Source: Lama glama (Eukaryota). Taken from it: 64,000 bases of DNA. This document shows positions 25,199 to 36,020 of the stretch, piece by piece. The first letter of the stretch is position 1. Every line of letters starts with the position of its first letter. Position numbers and translations under genes: made by a program. The stretch is from positions 6,636,001-6,700,000 of the forward strand of contig CM052818.1 in the NCBI GenBank assembly GCA_028534125.1, read 5' to 3'. The notes beneath the pieces are model-generated. The model saw only the letters and a program-made list of their open reading frames with translations, searched no databases and was not told the origin of the DNA.

Positions 25199-27826
25199 CT
25201 TGGTTTCCCTCCCTCGCCCTCCTCCATCCACAGCCCCAAGGGAACTTGTCTCCTCCATCCTCTCATCTTCTCCCCCGCTCACCGGTACCTGCGGCGCCGC
25301 TCCGGCCCGGGGAACCTGCCCGGTGGACTCTGCACCCCCGGCCACCCACGCTCGCACGCACAGTGTTCTAAGGAAGGGAACCTCCGCGCAGACGCTGATG
25401 TGTTATTAACGATCTGTAATCAAGCTTACTGTCTCATGCTTTGTGCTGATTTCATATCCTTCCTGCCCACCTCTTCCAGTTCAAAGGTGCCTGCAGTGGG
25501 TACTGCTGATTTTTGGTGGGTTTTTGTTGGTTTTTCCAAGAGCACCGAAGGCCATCTTTTCTCTTGGTTCAGCTTGTCTGTTGCTCACGAACTTGCTTCC
25601 TCGGGTTCCTGTGGAAATGGGATGTCAGATGATGAAACCCTACCAGACGTATTTTAACCTGCAGTCAGTTATTCTGTACAGGAGGTGAGCTAGTTAACAA
25701 ACTTCTACCACAAAGCAAGATCGCTTTAACTTTTCGAAACCAAACTTCCCATGTAAGCTGCAGTTTCTATCTTGAGCCCATCCTTCATCTTCTGTCACCA
25801 CCCCCACCCCCCAGAAAAATCCGTCATTCACTGATGCAAAACATTCACTTGTAAAATGACTGAGAATTGAGCCTTAACTTCAGATTAACTTGTGAGAATC
25901 AGGAAAATTCTTTAAACTGCATTGCATCCTCTCGGACCAGGGCTAGAAGGGGGATTTCAGGTTTCTCTGAGCCTCCCCAGTTACCCCTAATGTAGAACTT
26001 TTTAAAATTGTGTCGCCACCACTTGTAAAAATTTAGCAATATTAGAAGACAATGCAAATGATGTAAGAAATTTTGCTCATGGTTTTGCAAACCAAATCGT
26101 CTATTCAAACACAAACTGGTGTTCTCCAAACCCAGACCAGTTGAGAAACAGTGAGGTTGTGGTAAATAACACTATAGGAACTTTTTCCCCTCAGTGGCTA
26201 TTTTTCTATTAACTGGGGGAAATTTTAAATGTCATCAATTTGAAGAGTGGTGGGTTGCATTTTGTTCATGGGTTTGTGTTCTTGTCTTCATTTTGGACTC
26301 AATCTCACGTCATCAAATTCTTCATTTATACTTGGGAAAAAACAAGGCCATATGTAAAAACCCTTCCAAAGCCTAAGTGTCTTTCTCCTGCAACTCCAAA
26401 CCCAGACTTACCACTTCGGGTGCACAGATGGTTAGGTCCGCAGGCTGGGTCTACCTGGCGACTTGCCACGTGGGAGGCCTCTAATTAGCTGGAAAATAGT
26501 ATTTTTCTAATATATTGCAAGGAATAGCCAAATCTTACTGCAGAAAGAAAAGTGGAGCGTGGTTGTTACCTGTATCTAGCATAGTACAATCAGAATGTCG
26601 TGGAGACCCTAGGGGACAGGCTTGTCAACGCTGGCGGATCTTCCTGCCATGATCTTCCTGTGGTAATTGCCAGCTCAGGGCACGGCCCGATCCCTCTCTC
26701 CCAACCGCCCCCATCCCTTCTCTGTTGCACACAGGACATCAGTCTTCAAGGAAAGGAACTGTTTTCTTTTTCCAGGCTGCCAGTCGTGTTGGGACAGTGC
26801 TAGGCACACTTACCTTCATGGGAATGCTTTCAGCTTGCCTGAGAGCACATCGCATTTCTTTATCAGATCATCCATGTAAATACCCAGTGTGCTTACCAGT
26901 TCCGTTGTAGATGTTTTCATTTGTTGGAGTGGCTGGCTTGGGCCTGCCTTCCGGTTTGGGACAGGAGCAGCGAGCTGTCAATCTGGTGATGCAAGAAGAG
27001 AGCCGCTTCCCAGCCTGGAGAACATCTAGAAAACCTTCAAGCAGCCTCAAGACATTGTTCAGAGACCATCTTCTCCCCAGACCTGAGGCGTTTCCTCAGG
27101 CCCTTTCTCAAGGTCTCCTCTACAAAGCACAACACTAATATATGTTTTGTTCGACCGCAGTTCAAGTGCCCCTATTTATTTCAGTAAGAAGAACACATAC
27201 CCCAGCCGCTTTTTGTTTGTCACCGCTAGTTAGTCGTTATCTGTTTTTATCTTCCTTTCCCCCTTGTCCTCTTCCACCCCTTTGAAGAGTTAACGCTAGT
27301 GAGTCTTACTCCGCGTATCCTTTTTGGTTTGTGAAGAAGGCAGCGGTTAAGGGCACAAGGACAGCCCAGCCATGGGGACATTTATGTAAATACGTCTCTC
27401 TAATTGCCACACTGCAGCTGAACAGCGTGCAGTGTTTTCCCAGTCAGCTTTGCCATACTGACGTCAATCATCTGAGAGAAATTATTCAGATTTTATTTTT
27501 GTATCTGTGGTAACAAAACATTAACCAAAAGATTTTCTGTTTGGAAGCTTCCCCCACCGACCCCCGTCCCCGCCCCCTCCACCAAGCTGTTTGCTCACAT
27601 TAACAAATTAAAGTGCCTGAAGCATAATTCATTCTTTACCTGTATACTAAAAACCCCGTTGTATTGATTTTTTTATAATAAGCCTTTTTACCTCTGTGTA
27701 AAAAATATATATACAAGTGTATGATGTACATTTTAGTTCTTAACTTTTTTTTATGGTTTCTAATATGTATGACCAATGTAGCCATTGCTTTAAAATGTAC
27801 CGTGTAAATACAAACACATCCTATCT
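25199..27826 (+). other. SPRED2: SPRED2 3'UTR (3' end approximate)
   Basis: Transposon-free sequence after the stop with an AU-rich distal 250 bp, ending at an abrupt switch to GC-rich DNA near 27826. The end is inferred from the AATACA hexamer. Confidence 0.8.
27807..27812 (+). terminator. Candidate non-canonical poly(A) signal AATACA of SPRED2; ATTAAA at 27607-27612 is an alternative
   Basis: AATACA is a known minor hexamer. It is preceded by several TGTA (CFIm) motifs and U-tracts and followed by ctctttgtcc at ~27843. Confidence 0.55.
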
Positions 27827-28609
27827 GAGGGCTGGCTGCGGGCTCTTTGTCCAGCTGGAGACGGGGTGGCGGGTGAGCCCCTGCGGACGTGGGAGTTCTC
27901 GCACACAGGATGGGAAGGGGTTTCCTCTGGAGAAGGATGTGTGGACACCGGCCTGTTTTTTGTGAGGCCCTTCCCGCCCGTGGTTATGTCATATTCCCCC
28001 GGGGAGGCTGCCGCTCCTCGGGCTCGGATGCCTCAAGTGAAAAGAATGCTGCGTGTCGCCGCCCGGGGAACACCCCCTCTTCCGCGGCCTGGCTTCCCCC
28101 ACACGTGCTCCTCAGAGGGAACAGCTGTACTTCCTCTCAGTTGTTTTCCACTGGTTCCTGCTGAACCTTTCGTGTGTGCGCGCGCGCGCGTGTGCGTGGA
28201 ATTCGGAAGACAGTTTCTCACAGAACATAGTTGTTAAAACCGCAAGATCCTTGGTCTCAGAGCGGTTCGATTGCAGTGGTATTTGGCCCACTTTCAGTTC
28301 CTAATGGGCTCTTCGGATGTTCAAAAGTTACAGGGACAATCTCCTGGAGGAAGGAAAGTGTAGGGTCTTGTGGGGTCTTCTAAGGGTTCACAGAGAAAGT
28401 TCCAGCGCCTTCTCTAGAGAAACAAGTGGGGGCCTTAAAAAGAGACATGTAGAGGGTCCCCTCCAGCCTAGTCTCAACTCTTCCCAAAAGTCCACTTTTC
28501 CAAGCCACCAACAAAGGTGAAAAGCAACAGGAGATGCTAGAAATTAGAGCGTCTGAGGGGAGAAACTAACCATGAAGATTGGTAATTAAGAGATTATCAG
28601 AAGGAGGGA

Positions 28610-28808
28610 TAGATGAGTTTTGGAATTAGCAGATACACACCACTGTATGCAAAATAAACAAGATCCTACAGTATAGCACAGGGAACTATATTCAATATCT
28701 TGTAATAACCTATAATGAAAAAGAATATATGCATAACTAAATCACTATGCTGTCTACCAGACACTAATACCACATTGTAAATCAACTATACTTGAATTAA
28801 AAAAAAAC
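28610..28808 (+). mobile_element. L1 3' end, inserted into an antisense L2 fragment (~28540-28990)
   Basis: gtatagcacagggaactatattcaatatcttgtaataacctataatg...aaatcaactatacttgaattaaaaaa. Confidence 0.85.
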
Positions 28809-29439
28809 ATACCCATTGATAGGTCAAAATAAAGATTGTTAGATTCATGAAAGCTCTTTCATTAGAGTAGGAGGGGCACAAGCCAGATTATAGTGGGGTG
28901 AAGAGTCACCATGGAAGAAATAAAAACATCAAATGTAAAACACGTTTTCAAGAAGTTTGATGGAATCAAGTGATTGATCTGAGGGAGAATTGGTGAAGTA
29001 AAAATTTATCTGCCAAGACAATACATGCATTTATTTATTATGACAATTAATCCTGAATAAATTGCTCTCATTTTTTTTTTCAAATGAGAGGAGAACTTGA
29101 AAGGCACCTCCAGAGCTGCAGGGGGCAGGAGCCCTCAGGTCTTACCTGACCCTCATCCCCCTGCGAGGCGTGTCCCTCCCATCATCCTGCTTAAGTTTGA
29201 GGAATTGAGGCTTAGAAAGCATCGGTTACTAAGGTAACCCACAATCACGTGAGGCAAGGACCAAACCAGGAAACTGCGCAGCCCAGGTCCTTTCCTGGAC
29301 TCACTGGTAGCTCTGCTCACCTGCTCCCTCTTTGTGGGCTTGAAAAGTGGGCACCAAGCAAGAGCCTCGCCCAGTCCTCCCTGCTCTCTTGGGCCCATGG
29401 GGCTACCTCAGGATGAGCTTGTCATCTGGTCCTCTGCAT

Positions 29440-29720
29440 GCTTAGCCAGGAGCTGGGCTCACTACATCCATCATCTTTAACCCTCTGCAGAGTAGAGGGT
29501 TCACTTCCACTTTACAGGTGAGGAAGCAGACGTAGAGCAACCACATTAACTCGGTCGCTGGACAGTCTTCTGCCATTACTACCATCAGTCCTCGGGCAAG
29601 TGATGTCACTGTTCTGAGCCTCAGTTTCCCCAGGTAGGACAAATGGGATAACACCCACCCTCAGCATGCCACCAGGTTAAATGATTACAGTTCACGCTAC
29701 AGTGAGAGTGCAGTGCACGG
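29440..29720. mobile_element. Two MIR fragments in opposite orientation
   Basis: ccactttacaggtgaggaagcaga (29507) and gggcaagtgatgtcactgttctgagcctcagtttcccc (29594). Confidence 0.6.
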
Positions 29721-30801
29721 AATGCTTCTTCCTTCCTCAGTCCCTCCTCTCTTCTGACGAGGCATCGAGAACCAGAGAGGACAACTTTTTCTGAAGTACA
29801 GGAGGCTGACGCCATCGTGGGTATTTGTAAGTATCTAGACCTACAACCTGTATGTTGAGATTTCTTTTTCTTCACCTCTCTGCAATTTTAAATTAGGTTT
29901 TGATTCCTCGCTGGCTCTCCCAGATACCTCAACAGCCCCTGTGAAGGCTGCAGAGGGGCACTAGGCAGGCTGACTGCTCAGGAGCCAATGCACAGGAGCT
30001 GCCGCCCTGAACCCGCAGCCCCTCTCCTGCAGCCTTTGGGGTGAGTCAGCGTCCTTGACTCCCTGCTTCTCCCTGCTGCTCTCCTACTGCTGGTTGCCAC
30101 CCACCCTTAACAGTGGGCCCCACACACACACACTCCCCAGGAAATCAGGAGATCCTCCCACAGGAAAGAGTGTTGTTGGAAGACTTCTGCTTTCCAGGGA
30201 CTCGGGTGGTTTGTTATTTTAGCGTGGCTTTCAAGCAAGCAGTCACAGTGCCATCCATGAGAACGAGGGGCCAAAGTTTATAAAAGCATGCCAGCTGCTT
30301 GCAGGCAGTCTTATTACAGGCCTGCTGGGCTTTCTGATTTGTGGGGTGAGATGGTTAGAAACATCACACTTTGTCTGTTTGTTTGGGCCAGAACCAGATG
30401 GGTGGAATGAAAGGAGAGGACCCTGGAGACATCTTGCACCACTAGATACCAGTTGTGACCTTGCAAATCAGGGCCCTCCCATCTCCTTAGCTAGAGCAGC
30501 CACCAGTGCTCGTGGCTCTTTTGAAGCAAGCTGACCACTTAAAGGGCAGCGCTGGCTGGGGCTGGGGGCGGGTGGGGGTGGGGCTGGGGGGCAGAGAGTA
30601 GGAGGCAGCCTCTGTAAATTTATAAAGGCGGAATAAAACCAGTTACATGATAGTCATGCCTTGTTCTCTTTTCCTCTCATTCTGTCTCTTTTCTTTTTTT
30701 TTTCTCCCAAAAGCTTTGGAGGAGGGCTCTGATTATTATAAAAGTAATATACATAGAAATAAAAATGTCTACACTACAAAGTATAAAAATGAGACTCTCC
30801 T

Positions 30802-31027
30802 TGTACTAGTTTGCTAGGACTGTTCACATCATCTTCCCTCTATGTGACTCTGTGTCCAAACTGCCCTTCTTCATAAGGGTATCAGTCATAGTGGGTTAGG
30901 TCCCACTCTGATGGCCTAATTTTAACTGATTACCTTAGTAAAGACCTGTCCTCAAAATCAGCTCACATCCTGAGGAAAGAGATTAGGACTCCGCATGAAT
31001 TTGGGAGAGACAATTCAACCCATAACA
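30802..31027 (-). mobile_element. Internally deleted solo MaLR LTR (MLT1B/C-like)
   Basis: TG...CA termini (tgtactagtttgctaggactg ... acaattcaacccataaca) with perfect 5-bp TSD CTCCT at 30797-30801 and 31028-31032. Confidence 0.88.
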
Positions 31028-31199
31028 CTCCTCTGTTTCATCAAAAGTAAGCGCTGTGTGTCTCCCAGACCTCCTATACATTTATACACAGATGTGTGTA
31101 CATATGTGTGTGTGTGCACATTTGTTTTCTCTTTGGAGAGGAGCAAAAATGCATCCTATCTATACTGCTCTAAAACCTGTTTTTGTTTTGCTTTTACTT

Positions 31200-32125
31200 A
31201 AAAATACATCCTCAGCCACTCTCTGCCTTTTGATTGGAGAATTTAGTTTATTTACATTTAAATTAATTATGCATATGTATGTATGTATCGCCATTTTGTT
31301 AATTGCTTTCAACTGTTTTGTAGTTCCTCTGTTCCTTTCTTGCTCGCTTCCTTTGTGATTTGATCATTTTCTTTAGTGGTCTAGTTAGATTACTTTCTCT
31401 TTATCTTTTGTGTATCTACTATGGGTTTTTGCTTTGTGGTTACCATGAGGCTTAGCTATAACAACTTATATTTAAAAAGTCTATTTTAAGTTGATTACAA
31501 CTTAACTTTGAACACATTCTTAAAGTCTATACATTTTTATTCTCCCAACTACGTTTTCTATTTGTGATGTCATATTTTACTCCTTTTTATTTTGTGTATT
31601 CCTTAACTAATTATTGTAGTTTTATTTTTACTACTTCTGTCTTTTAACCTTCATACATCATACTTCAGCTTTATAAGTGATTAGTCCACCACCTTTACAA
31701 TATTAGATTATCCTAAATTTTACTATATACTTATGTATACCTTTACCAGTGAGATTATACTTTCATATGTTTTTCTGTTACTAATTAATGCCCTTTCTTT
31801 TCAACTTAAAGAAGTCCCTTTAACATTTCTTGTAGTGCTGGTTTAGTGGTGATAAAGTTCTTTAGCTTTTGCTCGTCTGAAAAGCTTTTTATCTCTCAAC
31901 TCTGAAGGAAACTTTGCTGGGTGTAGAGAATTCTTGGCTGAAAGTTTTTTCTTTCAGCACTTTGAACATACCATGCTTCTTCCTTCTGGCCTGCAAAGTG
32001 TCTGCTGGAAATTAGCTGATAGCCTTAGGGCATTTCCCTTGTAGGTAGCAAGTTGTTTTTCTCTTCCTGCTTATAAGATTCTCTTCTCGTCTTTAACTTT
32101 TTAATCTTTTAATTATAATGTACCT
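31200..32125 (-). mobile_element. Inverted 5' segment of an L1 (ORF1 C-terminus, spacer, ORF2 start)
   Basis: The reverse complement shows decayed ORF1 (gagaatctt..aagcag..agagaaaaacaactt..ctacaaggg..ggctatcagct..ctttgcaggccagaagg) and the ORF2 start (taaatgtaaat..actaaattctccaatcaaaaggcagagagtggctga). Confidence 0.85.
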
Positions 32126-32519
32126 CTATAGACCTATCTTATATGCTGCCTACAAGAAACTCACTTCTATGTAAAGACACACAGAGACTGAAAGTGAAAT
32201 AATGGAAAAAGATATTCCATGAAATGGAAATCAAAAGAAAGCTAGGGTAAGCTATACTTATAGCAAATGAAATAGACTTTGAAACAAAGACTGTAATAAG
32301 AAACAAAGAAGGGCATTACATAATGATAAAGGGGTCAATCCTATAAGAGGATATAACATTTGTAAATATTTTGCATTAAACATAGAAGCACCTAAGTACA
32401 TAAAGCAAATATTAACAGACCTAAAGAGAGAAATAGACAGCAAATCCCACTTTCATCAATGGATAGATCATCCAGACAGAAAATCAGCAAGAAAACAGTG
32501 GCCTTACCAACATCTTAGG

Positions 32520-32640
32520 CCAGTACCTCCTCTAAAAAGAAATAAATGAGTAAACCTAATTACCTCCCTCCTGCTCCACCCCACAAATTAAGTAAAGTAA
32601 AATAAAGTAAAGTAAATAAATAAAATAAAATAAAAATAAA
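32520..32640 (+). mobile_element. 3' half of a vic-1-like SINE
   Basis: ccagtacctcc...taaacctaattacctccc plus A-rich tail; the tRNA head is missing. Confidence 0.8.
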
Positions 32641-32964
32641 ATCTTGAATATAAGACCTGAAACTATATAACTCCTAGAAGAAAACATGAGGAAAAGTTTC
32701 TTGACATTGTTCTTGGTGTTAATTTTTTGGATTTGACACCAAAAGCAAAGGCAACAAAAGAAAAAATAAGGAAGTGGGATCACATCAAACTAAAAACTTC
32801 AGCACTGCAAAGGAAATCATCAACAGAATAAATAGGAAACCTATGGAATGGGAGAAAATATTTATAAATCCATATATCTGAAAAGTAAATATCCAAAATA
32901 TATAAAGAACTCATTCAACTCAGTAGCAAGACCACAAACAACCTGATTTAAAAATGGGCAGAGG

Positions 32965-34618
32965 CATGACAGTTTTCACAGAACTAGAACAAATAATCCT
33001 AAAATGTATATGGAATCACTAAAGACCCAGAATTGTATAAGCAGTACTGAAGAAAAATAACAAAGCTAGGGTAATAACCCTCCCAGACTTCAGACAATAC
33101 TGCAGAGCTACAGTAATCAAAACAGTGTGGTATTGGCATAAAAACAGACATATGGATCAGTGGAACAGAATAGAGAGCCCAGAAACAAACTCACAGACCT
33201 ATGGTCAATTAATCTCAACAAAGGCAAGAATATACAATGGAGAAAAGACAGTCTCTTTGGCAAGTGGTGTTGGAAAAACTGGACAGCAGCATGTAAATCA
33301 ATGAAGTTAGAACACTCCCTCACACCATACACAAAAAGAAACTCAAAATGGCTTAAAGACCTAAATATAAGACAAGACACAATAAACCTCCTAGAAGAAA
33401 ACATAGGCAAAACATTCTTTGACATCAATCTTAGCAACGTTCTCCTAGGGCAGTCTACTCAGGGAATAGAAATAAAAGCAAAAATAAATGGGACCTAATT
33501 AAACTTACAAGCTTTTGCACAGCAAAGGAAACCATAAGCAAAACAAAATTACAACCTGTGGGAAGGGAAAAAATATTTGCAAATGATGAGACTGACAAGG
33601 GCTTAATTTCCAGAATATATAAACAGCTCATATAAACTAATAACAAAAAACCAAACAACCCAATCCAAAAATGGGCAGAAGACCTAATCAATCAATTCTC
33701 CAATGACCAATAGGCACATGAAAAAAATGCTTAATATAGCTAATTATCAGAGAAACGCAAATCAAAACTACAATGAGGTATAACCTCACACCAGTCAGAA
33801 CGGCCATCATTCACAAGTCCATGAACAAGAAATGCTGGAGAGGGTGTGGAGAAGAGGGAGCCCTCCTACACTGTTGGTGGTAAACTACTTGATGCAGCCA
33901 TTATGGAAAACAGTATGGATATTCCTCGAAAACTAAAAATAGACTTACCGTATGATCCAGCAATCCCACACCTGGGCATATACTGGGAGAGAACTCTAAT
34001 TTGAAAAGATACATGCACCCCACTGTTCCTAGCACCACTATATACAATAGCCAAGACATGGATGCAACCTAAATATTCATGAACGGCTGACTGGATAAAT
34101 AAGTTCTAGTCTATTTATACAATGGAATATTACTCAGTGATAAAAAGAATAAAATAATGCCATTTGCAGCAACATGGATGGACCTAGAGATTGTCATTCT
34201 AAGTGAAGCCAGAAAGAGAAAGAAAAATACCATATGATATCACTTATAAGTGGAATCCAAAAAAAAGATGAAAAGAGAACACTAATGAACTCATCTATAA
34301 AACAGAAACAGACTCATAGACATAGTAAATAATCTTATGGTTACTGGGTGAAAGGAGGTGTTGGGAAAGGATAAATTTGGGAGTTTGAGATTTGCAAATG
34401 TTAGCCGTTACATATAAAAATAGATTAAAAAAACCCAAATTTCTTCTGTATAGCATAGGGAGCTACATTCAATGTCTTGTAATAACTTTTCATGAAAAAT
34501 AATATGAAAACAAATGCATGTATATATATGCATGACTGGGACATTGTGCTGTACACCAGAAATTGACATATTATAACTGACTACATTTCAATTTTTAAAT
34601 AGAAATAAAAAAATTTTT
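32965..34618 (+). mobile_element. Younger 5'-truncated L1 (ORF2 C-terminus plus 3'UTR) nested in older L1
   Basis: ORF2-like residues ([35 protein letters not shown] 33160-33498 [27 protein letters not shown]). TSD AATGGGCAGAGG 32953-32964 / AATGAGCAGAGG 34619-34630. Confidence 0.92.
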
Positions 34619-35053
34619 AATGAGCAGAGGAAATAAATAGACATTTTTCTGATGAAGACATACAGATGACCAGCATGTATGTGAAAAAGTGCTCAACATC
34701 ACTAACCATAAGGGAATTGCAAATCAAAACCACAATATCACCTCACATCTCTTAAAATGACTATCAATCAGACAAGAAATAAGTGTTGGCAAGGATGTGG
34801 AGAAAAGAGAATCCTCATTGGTGGGTAAAGTAAGTTGATGCCACCACTATGGAAAACAGTATGGAGTTTCCTCAAAAACTTAAATATAGGACATATGATC
34901 CAGCAATTTCACTTCTGGGTATTTTCCCAAAGGAAATGAAAACACTAACTCAACAAGATATATGTAGATAGAATCATCATTCTATCATTATTTATGATAA
35001 CCAAGACACCACTTACACTGGAATATTACTTAGCCATAAAAAAGAAGGAAGTT

Positions 35054-35238
35054 ATAAACAGCAACAAGGTCCTACAGTATAGCACAGAGAGCTATATTCA
35101 GTACCTTGTAATAACCTATAATGCAAAAGAATAGGAAAAAGAATATGTATATATATGTGTGTAACTGAATCACTATGCTATATGTACACCAGAAACTAAC
35201 ACAACATTGTAAATCAGTTATATTTCAGTTTAAAACAA
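35054..35238 (+). mobile_element. Short L1 3' end nested in the older L1
   Basis: caacaaggtcctacagtatagcacag...tgtacaccagaaactaacacaacattgtaaatca; flanked by diverged aaaaagaaggaag / aaaaagagggaaag. Confidence 0.8.
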
Positions 35239-35724
35239 AAAAGAGGGAAAGCTTGCCTTTTGTGATAACATGGATGGATTTTGAGGGCATTATGCTAAAT
35301 GAAATGTCAGACAGAGAAAGACAAATACTGTATAATTTCACTTCTATGTGGATTCTGAAAGAAACAAAAAACTCACAGATACAGAGAACAGATTGGTGGT
35401 TGCTAGAGGTGAGGAGGGTGGGCTGGGCGAAATAGGTAAAGAGGGTCAAAAGTTACAAACTTCCAATAATAAAATAAGCCCTGGGAATAATGTATAGCAG
35501 GGTAACTATAGTTAATAGTGCTACATTGTGTATTTGAAAGTTGCTAAGAGAGAAAATCATAAAAGTTCTCATCACAAGAAAAAAAACTTCAACCATGTGT
35601 GGTGGTAAACTTATTGCAGTGATCATTTCACAATATATACAAATACTGAACCATCATGTTGTACACCTGAAACTAGTGTAATATTATATGTAAATTATAT
35701 CTCAAGTTTTAAAAAGCTGTGAGA

Positions 35725-36020
35725 ATGCAGTTATCTTCCATTTAGTCAGACATAAAGAGATTTGTAAAATATAAGCCAGTAACTCTCTTCTCATGAAAAT
35801 ACTTTTTATTTGGAAAGCAGCTAGTTTTCATTACAAGCATTACTTGTGTTAACCATGCAAAGAGTTTATTAATTGTTACTTTTAAAGGAATTTTTAATAA
35901 ATATTTTAAAATTTTCTCGGTTTTTATTTCTAATGCAGTCAGATCAATAGCTCTAACCTACTCAGACTGAAGCTCTCTGGGGTCCTTGATAATTTGGGTC
36001 CTAAAAACAAAAAGTTAGTG
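35725..36020. mobile_element. hAT-Charlie (Charlie1-like) terminal fragment
   Basis: cagacataaagagatttgtaaaa...aataaatattttaaaattttctc...aagctctctggggtccttgataattt..gggtcctaa..aaaagtt matches the recalled Charlie1 end. Confidence 0.8.

Larger units (their letters stand above)
32131..35715 (+). mobile_element. Forward segment of the same older L1 (L1MA-like), internally deleted and carrying three nested insertions
   Basis: Endonuclease region 32131-32519; ORF2 end 32641-32964 and 34631-35053; 3'UTR 35240-35715 ending ttatatctcaagttttaaaaa. Confidence 0.85.

Noticed and set aside
24755..25357. 200-aa minus-strand ORF
   Set aside because: Antisense shadow of the GC-rich SPRED2 last exon; no ATG start and no recognisable domain.
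33160..33498. ORF with reverse-transcriptase-protein similarity (also 40453-40635)
   Set aside because: Frameshifted, 5'-truncated L1 ORF2 remnants, not a functional or domesticated gene.
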